IMG/VR virus record: IMGVR_UViG_3300044949_001773
Location: 1 to 64,000 of that record
From: a virus
Strand: one strand, 5' to 3'
DNA: 64,000 nt
A program made the position numbers and the translations under genes. The notes under the pieces are model-generated. The model searched no databases. It had not been told where the DNA came from and was given only the letters and a program-made list of their open reading frames with translations. Shown here one piece after another: positions 17,736 through 25,911 of the stretch (its first letter is position 1; every line of letters begins with the position of its first letter).

Positions 17736-20029
17736 GCAACGGAACAAAAGTACAAAAACGTGATGGAAGGATTGAATCTCTTGATCTTGATAAAATGCAT
17801 TTGATGGTTAATGAAGCATGTAAAGGACTTGCTGGGGTTTCTGCTAGTCAAGTAGAAATGACTTCTGGAATTCAATTTTATGATGGCATTTCTACCCAAG
17901 AAATTCAAGAAATTCTTATTCGTTCTGCTTCCGATTTAATTGATTTAGAGCATCCTAATTATCAGTATGTTGCAGCACGTCTTCTTCTATTTTCCGTTCG
18001 TAAACAGCTGTATGGAAAAATGAAAGAGCTTCCTCATCTTGAGCAGCACATTTATAATTGTGTTGCTCAAGAAGTTTATGATAATGATATTTTTACAAAA
18101 TACTCTAAAGAAGAAATTGAAAAAGCTAATAGTTTTATTGATCATGATCGTGACTTTCTGTTCACTTATGCTGGTCTACGTCAGGTAGTTGATAAGTACC
18201 TTGTGCAGGATAGGAGCAGTGGTGGTGTGTATGAAACCCCACAATTTATGTACATGATGATTGCTCTGACTATTTTTGCAGAGTATCCAAAAGAAACCCG
18301 TATGTCATATGTTAAGAGGTATTATGACGCAATCTCCAAACACAAAATCAACATTCCCACACCTATCATGGCAGGAGTGCGAACTCCACTTCGACAATTT
18401 GCTAGCTGTGTTCTTGTTGATGTTGATGACACCCTCGATTCTATCTTTAGCTCTGATATGGCAATTGGCCGGTACGTTGCACAAAGGGCGGGAATCGGCA
18501 TCAATGCTGGTAGAATCCGTGGCATCAACAGTAAGATCCGAGGTGGAGAAGTACAGCATACAGGCGTTGTCCCTTTCCTCAAGAAGTTTGAAGCAACTGT
18601 CCGATGCTGCACTCAAAATGGCATCCGTGGTGGATCAGCAACTGTCCACTTCCCAATCTGGCACCAAGAAATAGAAGATATTCTAGTTCTCAAAAACAAT
18701 AAAGGTACCGAAGACAATCGAGTTCGTAAACTTGATTACTCTATTCAAATTTCTAAGTTGTTTTATGAAAGGTTTATCAAAGATGAAGAGATTACTCTCT
18801 TCAGTCCCCATGACGTACCTGGACTTTATGATTCTTTCGGACTCGCTAGTTTTGACGATCTCTATGTTTCATATGAAAAGGATCCGTCCGTTCCGAAAAA
18901 AACTATTAAAGCACAGGAACTCATTCTCAGTCTCCTTAAGGAAAGGGCTGAAACAGGTCGTATCTATATCATGAACATTGATCATTGTAATTCTCATTCT
19001 TCTTTTAAAGATAAAGTTGAGATGAGCAATCTCTGCCAAGAAATTACTCTTCCAACTTATCCGATTCAACATATTGATGATACAAGTGGTGAGATTGCTC
19101 TTTGTATTCTTTCCGCAATTAATGTTGGTAAAGTAAAATCTGATGAAGAACTTGAAGAACTTTGTGACCTTTCTGTTCGTGGTTTGGATGAGTTGATTGA
19201 CTATCAGAAATACCCCGTAGCGGCTGCGGAGATCGCCACCAAGGCCCGTCGTTCTCTTGGTATAGGGTTTATTGGTCTTGCTCACTATTTGGCAAAACTT
19301 GGATTTAATTATGGAGATCAAAAAGCATGGGATGCTGTTCATGGACTTACTGAAGCATTTCAGTATTATCTACTAAAAGCATCCAATCAACTTGCTAAAG
19401 AAAAGGGTCATTGCGAATATTTTGGACGTACTAAGTATGCCGATGGAATTCTTCCAATTGACACTTATAAAAAAGATGTAGACGAAATTACCTCAGTTGG
19501 ATTGGATCATGATTGGGAAACTCTTAGAGCATCTATCTTGGAACATGGTCTCAGACACTCAACATTGTCCGCACAGATGCCATCGGAGAGCAGTTCCGTT
19601 GTGTCAAATGCAACTAATGGAATCGAGCCACCTAGAGATTACTTGTCCGTTAAGAAAAGTAAAAAAGGACCACTTAAGCAGATTGTTCCTCAGTATCATA
19701 CGCTCAAGAACAACTATACGCTTCTTTGGGATATGCCTAACAACACTGGCTATATTAATATTGTTGCTGTAATGCAGAAATTTTTTGATCAAGCGATTTC
19801 AGGTAATTGGAGTTACAATCCAGAAAACTATGAAAATAATGAGGTACCTACTTCAGTTATGGCAAATGACTTTTTGACTACATACAAATACGGGTGGAAA
19901 ACATCTTACTATCAAAATACATATGATATTAAGACTGATGAGGTAGTAGAAGAAAAGCCTAATCTTCAAGATTTGCTAAGTGAGTTAAGTTCAGTAGAGG
20001 AGGGAGAGTGTGAATCCTGCGCAGTTTGA
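17732..20029 (+). CDS. nrdA: Ribonucleotide reductase class Ia alpha subunit
   Basis: ATP cone VQKRDG, QFASC, SNLCQE and C-terminal CESC. Confidence 0.98.
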   Translation: MSNGTKVQKRDGRIESLDLDKMHLMVNEACKGLAGVSASQVEMTSGIQFYDGISTQEIQEILIRSASDLIDLEHPNYQYVAARLLLFSVRKQLYGKMKELPHLEQHIYNCVAQEVYDNDIFTKYSKEEIEKANSFIDHDRDFLFTYAGLRQVVDKYLVQDRSSGGVYETPQFMYMMIALTIFAEYPKETRMSYVKRYYDAISKHKINIPTPIMAGVRTPLRQFASCVLVDVDDTLDSIFSSDMAIGRYVAQRAGIGINAGRIRGINSKIRGGEVQHTGVVPFLKKFEATVRCCTQNGIRGGSATVHFPIWHQEIEDILVLKNNKGTEDNRVRKLDYSIQISKLFYERFIKDEEITLFSPHDVPGLYDSFGLASFDDLYVSYEKDPSVPKKTIKAQELILSLLKERAETGRIYIMNIDHCNSHSSFKDKVEMSNLCQEITLPTYPIQHIDDTSGEIALCILSAINVGKVKSDEELEELCDLSVRGLDELIDYQKYPVAAAEIATKARRSLGIGFIGLAHYLAKLGFNYGDQKAWDAVHGLTEAFQYYLLKASNQLAKEKGHCEYFGRTKYADGILPIDTYKKDVDEITSVGLDHDWETLRASILEHGLRHSTLSAQMPSESSSVVSNATNGIEPPRDYLSVKKSKKGPLKQIVPQYHTLKNNYTLLWDMPNNTGYINIVAVMQKFFDQAISGNWSYNPENYENNEVPTSVMANDFLTTYKYGWKTSYYQNTYDIKTDEVVEEKPNLQDLLSELSSVEEGECESCAV

Positions 20030-21206
20030 TTTTAAAACTTCTTCAATAGAAGAAACAAAAACAGATATTAAAGGAATGACAGTTTTTAATACGGAGCAAG
20101 TTAATACTAAAAAACAACCAATGTTTTTTGGAAAACCACTTGGAGTTCAACGATATGATTCATACAAATATCCTATTTTTGAAAAACTAACGACTCAGCA
20201 ACTAGGGTACTTCTGGAGACCTGAGGAGGTCTCCCTCCAGAAGGATCGTGGAGATTATCAAACACTTCGACCAGAACAAAAGCATATCTATACTTCTAAT
20301 CTAAAGTATCAGATCATGCTTGATTCTATTCAGGGTCGTGGTCCTGGTATGGCATTTATTCCATACTGCTCACTTCCTGAATTAGAAGCATGTATGGAAG
20401 TATGGGGATTTATGGAAATGATTCATTCACGCTCATACACCTATATTATTAAAAACGTCTATTCAGACCCAAGTGAGGTATTTGATAAGATTGTCACTGA
20501 TGAGCGTATTCTAGAGCGTGCTAAGAGCGTTACAGAGTCTTATGATGATTTTATTCAATCATCTCAACAATATGGTGCATCAGATACATGGTTACATAAA
20601 CTTGAAGGGGTATCATACGCAAAAGAAACGATTAATGATGTCAAAAGAAAACTCTACCGTGCCGTTGCTAACGTTAATATTTTGGAAGGTATACGCTTTT
20701 ATGTCTCGTTCGCTTGTTCTTTCGCTTTCGGCGAACTCAAGCTCATGGAAGGTTCTGCCAAGATTATCTCTCTCATCGCAAGAGACGAAAACCAACATTT
20801 AGCTATTACTCAGAATATTCTGAATAAGTGGCGTGATGGTGACGATCCAGAAATGAAGCAGATTATGAAAGAAGAAGAGGAATGGACATATGCTATGTTT
20901 GATCGTGCTGTAAATGAAGAAAAGCGATGGGCAGATTATCTGTTCAAGGATGGAAGTATGATTGGACTTAATGATAAACTTCTTCAGCAATATGTTGAAT
21001 GGATTGCAAATCGTAGGATTAAGGCAATTGGTCTTAAACCACAATATGATATTTCAGCAAATAATAATCCTCTTCCTTGGACTCAGCACTGGATTTCTTC
21101 TAAAGGTCTTCAGGTGGCACCACAAGAAACGGAAGTTGAGTCCTATGTAGTAGGAGGAATTAAACAAGATGTTACCAAAAATACTTTCGCAGGATTCCAA
21201 TTATGA
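20010..21206 (+). CDS. nrdB: Ribonucleotide reductase class Ia beta subunit
   Basis: FWRPEEV, EMIHSRSY, LEGIRFYVSF, RDENQH and APQETEVESY. Confidence 0.98.
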   Translation: MNPAQFDFKTSSIEETKTDIKGMTVFNTEQVNTKKQPMFFGKPLGVQRYDSYKYPIFEKLTTQQLGYFWRPEEVSLQKDRGDYQTLRPEQKHIYTSNLKYQIMLDSIQGRGPGMAFIPYCSLPELEACMEVWGFMEMIHSRSYTYIIKNVYSDPSEVFDKIVTDERILERAKSVTESYDDFIQSSQQYGASDTWLHKLEGVSYAKETINDVKRKLYRAVANVNILEGIRFYVSFACSFAFGELKLMEGSAKIISLIARDENQHLAITQNILNKWRDGDDPEMKQIMKEEEEWTYAMFDRAVNEEKRWADYLFKDGSMIGLNDKLLQQYVEWIANRRIKAIGLKPQYDISANNNPLPWTQHWISSKGLQVAPQETEVESYVVGGIKQDVTKNTFAGFQL

Positions 21207-21355
21207 TGAATGGTGCGAGCAGGAAATCCTAAACGCATATAAAGAAGCAGCAGAATGTGATGATTATTTGTTTGGAGATTATGACTATTGTAAAGAGTGG
21301 ATTGGTATAAGCACCTAAAATATTATAGATATGGGAGAGTAATCTCCCATTTTTT

Positions 21356-21517
21356 ATGCCCAAAAATCAACTTAATAAAGAAGAACTTAAGGTTCGTGTT
21401 TTAAAATTAAAAGATAACCTTTATAAGGATCACATTCGCCCAGAAATGGATATGAAAGGATTAGCGCATAAATATCTGAACGAAGTTCTTGATATAATTG
21501 ATGAGTATAGATATTGA
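21356..21517 (+). CDS. Small hypothetical protein (53 aa)
   Basis: MPKNQLNKEELKVRVLKLK...AHKYLNEVLDII; overlaps the next gene. Confidence 0.6.
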   Translation: MPKNQLNKEELKVRVLKLKDNLYKDHIRPEMDMKGLAHKYLNEVLDIIDEYRY

Positions 21518-21947
21518 CTATGAAAATCCTTGGATCTATAATGGGGAACCTTTTACTAGTTCTGATATTGGGGACAATTTTGGTTTTGTTTATCTCATTG
21601 CCAATAAGCTCAACCAACGAAAATACATTGGTAGAAAATATCTTTGGCAGTTCAGAACACCAAAGGGTAAAAAAAGAAAAGTAAAATCTGAATCTGATTG
21701 GAAAAATTATTATGGATCTTGTCCGGAACTTAAAGACGATATTGTCAAATTTGGTAAACAAAATTTTAGTAGAACTATCCTATCATTACATAAAACAAAG
21801 GGCAAAACTAATTATGAAGAAACGAGACAGCTTTTCGTGAATAATGTTCTTTTAGAATCCCTTGACAACGGACAGCCAGCGTTCTATAATTCCAATGTCC
21901 TCTCCAGGTACTTCCGAAAAGATTATTTTAATCTTCTTGACGAGTAA
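21501..21947 (+). CDS. GIY-YIG endonuclease (Seg/EndoII-like)
   Basis: FGFVYLIAN...KYIGRK, YYGS, E..QL and FYN motifs. Confidence 0.85.
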   Translation: MSIDIDYENPWIYNGEPFTSSDIGDNFGFVYLIANKLNQRKYIGRKYLWQFRTPKGKKRKVKSESDWKNYYGSCPELKDDIVKFGKQNFSRTILSLHKTKGKTNYEETRQLFVNNVLLESLDNGQPAFYNSNVLSRYFRKDYFNLLDE

Positions 21948-21969
21948 TTTTTATCTTTCTTCTTAAAAA

Positions 21970-22317
21970 ATGAACATCTTTAACAGTTTTAAAAAAGTCA
22001 TTCAGTATGCTAAAGAAGGCTATGATGCTGGATATAACGGGTCAAATAGTAGTAATGTCAATGCTGTTAGTAATTTTAAGAAGATGAAGGATGAAAGTAA
22101 AAAAACTACAAATCTGGAAAAAACTACACTTGATAATTCTATGCCATTGACAACTGAAGAACTTGTTTCTAATATTTGCGATTGGTCTGTTGATTTAATT
22201 AATGATCCAAGTACTTCGCAAAAAAACGCAGAATCAATTTACAGTGAATTTGAAGAATGGATTGATCCGGAACATGATGAACTTGATATATTTTATTTGG
22301 ATCTTGACAAATCCTAA
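21970..22317 (+). CDS. Hypothetical protein
   Basis: ORF with IYSEFEEWI motif. Confidence 0.6.
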   Translation: MNIFNSFKKVIQYAKEGYDAGYNGSNSSNVNAVSNFKKMKDESKKTTNLEKTTLDNSMPLTTEELVSNICDWSVDLINDPSTSQKNAESIYSEFEEWIDPEHDELDIFYLDLDKS

Positions 22318-22385
22318 ATATTAACTTATTATGTAAAATCCCTATTATGAGTAGGGTTTTTTGTTATGAGATTTTGAGTGCGATT

Positions 22386-22451
22386 TAGAGCCGTGGGTGC
22401 TGCCCCTGAGAAGGGGAACTTCTCCTTTACCTATACGGATGTAGAGTTCTA
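22386..22451 (+). ncRNA. Putative structured leader RNA upstream of the rlpA-like gene
   Basis: GC-rich nested stems tagagc/gttcta, ccgt/acgg and cccct-gaga-agggg in an AT-rich context. Confidence 0.45.
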
Positions 22452-22460
22452 TTAAAATTA

Positions 22461-22823
22461 ATGCTTTTTAAAACACTTTCAATTCTTGCTATTGCTACTG
22501 TAGGATTGGCACCCCTTCAAGCAAAAGCAGCGAGCGGATGTTCCCTCGCATCACATTATGGAATCGGTGATGGATATCACGGGCAGACAACTGCCAATGG
22601 CGAACGGTATAATGCTTATGGAAAATCAGTAGCACATCGTTGGCTTCCATTCGGAACAAAACTAAGAGTTACAAATCAATCTAATGGAAGATCAGTAATT
22701 GTGCGTGTAAATGATCGCGGTCCTTATATCGCGGGTAGAGACCTTGACCTTTCTTATGGTGCATTCTCTACTATTGCTTCACCAAGTCAAGGTGTTGCTA
22801 CAATTTGCTACTCGCGGGCATAA
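22461..22823 (+). CDS. rlpA: RlpA-like (DPBB) lytic transglycosylase with signal peptide
   Basis: ASHYG..G.TTANGE, AHRWLPFGT, VRVNDRGPY and DLSYGAF. Confidence 0.9.
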   Translation: MLFKTLSILAIATVGLAPLQAKAASGCSLASHYGIGDGYHGQTTANGERYNAYGKSVAHRWLPFGTKLRVTNQSNGRSVIVRVNDRGPYIAGRDLDLSYGAFSTIASPSQGVATICYSRA

Positions 22824-22876
22824 GTGACTAAAAACTGAATAATAAATAGAGGAGAGCGATTGCTACTCCTTTTTTT

Positions 22877-23371
22877 ATGTTTAATTTTAATTTTGGTAAG
22901 AAGAAGCCAGATAAGAAAAAAATAATAATCATAAGTATATTACTTTGCGGCATTGTAGCAACACTTTCACAATGCTCTGGAGTATCTGAAAATGTATTGT
23001 GGGATTTGTTGGACGAAATTCAAAGAAAATATTTCCCGCAAACTATTATTAATGAAATTATTATTCAAGATCCTAACAAAGTAGAAAGAAGAGTACATAG
23101 GGATGTTGATAATGCGATTAAAGAGTATGAACGCTTGACAAAAAATTCAGAACCTCCTATAATAACGTTACCTAAATTTATAGAATCTCCTTTGAATAAA
23201 AATTTGTGCTACACTGAGGAATGTCAATCTTTAGGCGGAGAAATGAGGCTTTGTGCTCCTTGGATTGATACCTGTAAGGACACTTCTGAAACTGGCCAAA
23301 GGTATTTGCCAGAAAATCAAAATTCTGTTAATGTAAGTGAGTGGTTGAGAAACGAACCACTTGAACCTTGA
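22877..23371 (+). CDS. Membrane-anchored hypothetical protein
   Basis: N-terminal TM segment; C-terminal CYTEECQSLGGEMRLCAPW. Confidence 0.65.
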   Translation: MFNFNFGKKKPDKKKIIIISILLCGIVATLSQCSGVSENVLWDLLDEIQRKYFPQTIINEIIIQDPNKVERRVHRDVDNAIKEYERLTKNSEPPIITLPKFIESPLNKNLCYTEECQSLGGEMRLCAPWIDTCKDTSETGQRYLPENQNSVNVSEWLRNEPLEP

Positions 23372-23385
23372 AAACTTAACATAAT

Positions 23386-23466
23386 GCCCCTGTGGTGAAA
23401 TGGTAAACACAGTTGACTCAAAATCAACCGCCTACGGGTTTGTCGGTTCAAATCCGACTGGGGGCA
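23386..23466 (+). tRNA. tRNA-Leu(CAA)
   Basis: Cloverleaf with gttga-ctCAAaa-tcaac, long variable arm and GGTTCAAATCC. Confidence 0.92.
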
Positions 23467-23467
23467 C

Positions 23468-23496
23468 TTGACTATCATAGAATCTTGTTTTATAAT
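23468..23496 (+). promoter_or_regulatory. Sigma70-type promoter
   Basis: TTGACT-17-TATAAT. Confidence 0.75.
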
Positions 23497-23508
23497 AGTC
23501 TTGTTCAA

Positions 23509-23596
23509 GCGAGTGAGACTTGGTAGTCAGAGAGGTCTTATAAACCTTTTCCGCCAGATTAGCGGCTTTGACCTGGTTCGAATCCAGGCACTCGTA
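23509..23596 (+). tRNA. Atypical tRNA-like gene with anticodon TAT (Ile?)
   Basis: Acceptor gcgagtg/cactcgt and T arm cctgg-ttcgaat-ccagg; tiny D arm, 6-7 bp anticodon stem, long variable arm. Confidence 0.7.
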
Positions 23597-23600
23597 CCTT

Positions 23601-23673
23601 GCTCGTTTAGCCATCTGGTGAAGGTAGCGTTCTCATAAAGCGCCTCAGGAGAGTTCGATCCTCTCAACGAGCA
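23601..23673 (+). tRNA. tRNA with CAT anticodon (elongator Met or Ile2)
   Basis: gctcgtt/aacgagc and gcgtt-ctCATaa-agcgc; lacks initiator features. Confidence 0.85.
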
Positions 23674-23715
23674 CTTGACAATCTGAGATTTCTGCCTTAT
23701 GATTGTCTTATAAAT

Positions 23716-23787
23716 GGTTCTGTTGCTTATTGGTTAAAGCCTACACCTTATAAGTGTAAGAAGAGAGTTCAATTCTCTCCAGAACCA
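23716..23787 (+). tRNA. tRNA-Ile(TAT)
   Basis: ggttctg/cagaacc, tacac-ctTATaa-gtgta and gagag-ttcaatt-ctctc. Confidence 0.85.
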
Positions 23788-23791
23788 CCTT

Positions 23792-23864
23792 GCCCGTGTA
23801 GTCCAGCGGAAGAGACAAACGACTTAAAATCGTTCCAGGGTCGGTTCGAATCCGACCACGGGTA
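23792..23864 (+). tRNA. tRNA-Leu(TAA) with a short variable loop
   Basis: gcccgtg/cacgggt, aacga-ctTAAaa-tcgtt and GGTTCGAATCC. Confidence 0.88.
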
Positions 23865-23979
23865 TTTGACAATCTTTGTCAAATATGATATAAATTATCT
23901 TATGGGCATCAAAGGTCCAAACTTTGAGTAAGTCCTACCCCTCCTATGCCTCTCAACGATGCACAAACCTGGAGGCCTT

Positions 23980-24051
23980 GGGCTCATAGTTAAGCGGATA
24001 TAACTACCGCCTTCTAAGCGGTCGTCCCTGGTTCGATTCCAGGTGAGCCTG
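23980..24051 (+). tRNA. tRNA-Arg(TCT)
   Basis: gggctca/tgagcct and accgc-ctTCTaa-gcggt. Confidence 0.92.
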
Positions 24052-24093
24052 TTCTAACATTATGTTAGATTTTATAATTAACAAAAAATTGAT

Positions 24094-24276
24094 ATGCCTA
24101 AAAAACAAGTTGTAAACACTTCTTACGATCTTGGTTATTCTTCTAGAAATGAAAACCATGATACGATTCGTGACATTAGAATTAATTTTGAAAATCCTGA
24201 TGATGAGTTTCTCATGGAAAATTTGAACACCTGGCTTCGTGCTATTGGGGTTAATCTTGAAGTCATTCAAAAATAA
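24094..24276 (+). CDS. Hypothetical protein
   Basis: 60-aa ORF between tRNAs. Confidence 0.55.
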   Translation: MPKKQVVNTSYDLGYSSRNENHDTIRDIRINFENPDDEFLMENLNTWLRAIGVNLEVIQK

Positions 24277-24284
24277 TATAAAAC

Positions 24285-24313
24285 TTGACAATTAAACTTA
24301 AATAGTTTATAAT
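24285..24313 (+). promoter_or_regulatory. Consensus sigma70 promoter
   Basis: TTGACA-17-TATAAT directly upstream of tRNA-Gly. Confidence 0.85.
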
Positions 24314-24323
24314 TGTCTTATAT

Positions 24324-24395
24324 GCGGGGTTAGTTCAGCGGTAGAACGCTATCCTTCCAAGTTAGATGTCGTCGGTTCGATTCCGATACCCCGCT
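24324..24395 (+). tRNA. tRNA-Gly(TCC)
   Basis: gcggggt/accccgc, anticodon loop ctTCCaa, U73. Confidence 0.92.
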
Positions 24396-24422
24396 CTTGG
24401 AGTTTATCTCCATATATAAAAG

Positions 24423-24479
24423 TGATAGAGGGTAAGCCTCTGTTATATCCTTATGAGGTATATTACGCTTACTCCATCA
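24423..24479 (+). ncRNA. Hairpin RNA, possibly the abiF motif
   Basis: gggtaagc/gcttactc outer stem and cct-tatg-agg apical stem; family assignment is from memory only. Confidence 0.4.
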
Positions 24480-24509
24480 TAAACACACACAAACACACAA
24501 GGAGTAAAA

Positions 24510-24707
24510 ATGACACCTTACGAATTACGCTTTGAGATTTTTAAACAAGCATATGCCCATGCTAATGATGAATATTTTGCGAGATATAATATAGTTGATA
24601 ATCATAATAAGAATGCTGGAAGTAAATGGGAATATCCTTCATTTCCTTCTTATGAAAAGATTGAAGCACTTGCAGAGAAAATCAACAATTTTGTAAGTTC
24701 TAAGTGA
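24510..24707 (+). CDS. Conserved small phage protein
   Basis: SD aaggag; MTPYELRFEIFKQA...FPS...AEKINNFVS. Confidence 0.75.
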   Translation: MTPYELRFEIFKQAYAHANDEYFARYNIVDNHNKNAGSKWEYPSFPSYEKIEALAEKINNFVSSK

Positions 24708-24738
24708 TTTTATTGGGCGGAAACGCCCCTATTAGTAT

Positions 24739-24810
24739 TCCCCTGTAGCTCAGCGGTAGAGTCGTCGGCTGTTAACCGATTTGTCGCAAGTTCGAATCTT
24801 GCCGGGGGAG
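24739..24810 (+). tRNA. tRNA-Asn(GTT)
   Basis: tcccctg/cggggga, gtcgg-ctGTTaa-ccgat, G73. Confidence 0.92.
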
Positions 24811-24812
24811 TT

Positions 24813-24960
24813 GGAAGGTCTGGAAATGTCTGGGTCTTCCATAAGAGTCGGGATCATCATATCCGACTCACTAAATCCTAAGTTTTCTTAGGTCGGGGAC
24901 TTGATCACCCCCGCTCGTTGCGGAGAGTGTCTTCCGCTGGTGATGGGCACTCATCACCTT
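24813..24960 (+). ncRNA. Multi-hairpin RNA between tRNAs, probably the manA RNA motif
   Basis: Six hairpins; complementary loop pairs gatca/tgatc and gagtgtc/ggcactc; tRNA-adjacent, as described for manA. Confidence 0.65.
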
Positions 24961-24962
24961 TC

Positions 24963-25035
24963 GCCCTTGTAGCTCAGTTGGTAGAGCACCGCTTTTGTAA
25001 AGCGGTTGTCGCAAGTTCAAGTCTTGTCGGGGGCT
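24963..25035 (+). tRNA. tRNA-Thr(TGT)
   Basis: gcccttg/cgggggc and ccgct-ttTGTaa-agcgg. Confidence 0.92.
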
Positions 25036-25072
25036 TTTATAATGTAATAAATAAAGAAAATGATATGTCATC

Positions 25073-25330
25073 ATGGAAAATATTAAGGTAAGATGTAAGA
25101 ATTGTAATAGAGAGTTGGAAGGTCATCCTACAAAAACTGTAACTTGTGGGTGCTCAAACATGACTACAATAAGAGGGGAAAAAATAACAGCTATTGATCT
25201 TTCAAATGTTGTTATGTTGAATTCCTATAAAGAAAAAGTTAAAAAAACTTTTTTAACTAACGAAGATATTGCCTGGCAAGAAGCAAGAAGACAGCGCAAA
25301 GTTCGTAAATTGGACTTTGAAGTTCGTTGA
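25073..25330 (+). CDS. Zn-ribbon hypothetical protein
   Basis: CKNC...CGC; C-terminal RKVRKLDFEVR typical of cyanophages. Confidence 0.7.
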   Translation: MENIKVRCKNCNRELEGHPTKTVTCGCSNMTTIRGEKITAIDLSNVVMLNSYKEKVKKTFLTNEDIAWQEARRQRKVRKLDFEVR

Positions 25331-25338
25331 TTAGAATT

Positions 25339-25421
25339 GGAAGGAGTCCGGTTGGTCGAGGACACCGCCTTGAAAGCGGCTGGGGGTAACACCTTCGCAG
25401 GTTCGATTCCTGTTCCTTCCG
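25339..25421 (+). tRNA. tRNA-Ser(TGA)
   Basis: ggaagga/tccttcc, accgc-ctTGAaa-gcggc, long variable arm, G73. Confidence 0.9.
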
Positions 25422-25545
25422 TTACAATAGATACTAATTTAACATTTTGTTCAGATTTTTGTATAGTAGTGTTACAAAATGCTGACATTTGATTGACATT
25501 GGAATTTCTTTGATTAGTATATAGTAGTAATACGAATAATGTTTT

Positions 25546-25710
25546 ATGGACCAACACACCTACAATAATTGGGTCCGTATCAAAGAAACTTTCGAGTCTT
25601 CTGGAAATACAAATAATATGTTTTATAAAAGAGCTTGTGAAATAGTGAAGACTAGAAAGGATCCTATGGATAAGTTTTTCACTAGAATGGACGAGGAATT
25701 TTTTATTTGA
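25546..25710 (+). CDS. Small hypothetical protein (54 aa)
   Basis: MDQHTYNNWVRIKETFESSGNTNNMFYKRA... Confidence 0.65.
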   Translation: MDQHTYNNWVRIKETFESSGNTNNMFYKRACEIVKTRKDPMDKFFTRMDEEFFI

Positions 25711-25719
25711 GGTATCTAT

Positions 25720-25911
25720 ATGACTCCAGAAGAAATTCGAGAAATGATTGATCAGTCTATAGCCGAGGCAATAAGAAAACATAATAGAAATGCCTCTATA
25801 ATTAGTATGTGTGTTGGTTGGGTAGTTCTTGCCTTGTTTGCTGAAGGTCTTTTAAGACTTGTTGGAGTAATACCGCCTTTATTGCCATGGCTGGACATTA
25901 CCCTGAAATAA
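25720..25911 (+). CDS. Small membrane protein
   Basis: RKHNRNASIISMCVGWVVLALFAEGLL TM segment. Confidence 0.65.
   Translation: MTPEEIREMIDQSIAEAIRKHNRNASIISMCVGWVVLALFAEGLLRLVGVIPPLLPWLDITLK

Noticed and set aside
2954-20029. Inteins or introns in gp43, gp41, uvsX or nrdA
   Set aside because: Protein lengths and motif spacing look normal, with no splice motifs or frame breaks.
17684-21150. Numerous alternative-frame and antisense ORFs over nrdAB (also over gnd, porin, pstS and psbA)
   Set aside because: They are shadows of biased codon usage in well-supported genes, with no SD or recognisable motifs.
21501-21947. GIY-YIG gene after nrdB as a recent mobile insertion
   Set aside because: It is short, lacks a DNA-binding tail and sits where T4-like phages keep an EndoII-like nuclease, so I treat it as a core gene.
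24481-24500. AC-rich microsatellite-like run
   Set aside because: It is short and unstructured just before an SD, and is most simply a translation-enhancing leader.
25461-25476. Possible NtcA site after tRNA-Ser
   Set aside because: The spacing is GTA-N9-TAC, not N8.
23317-25782. Minus-strand ORFs across the tRNA cluster
   Set aside because: They are reverse complements of tRNA and ncRNA genes.
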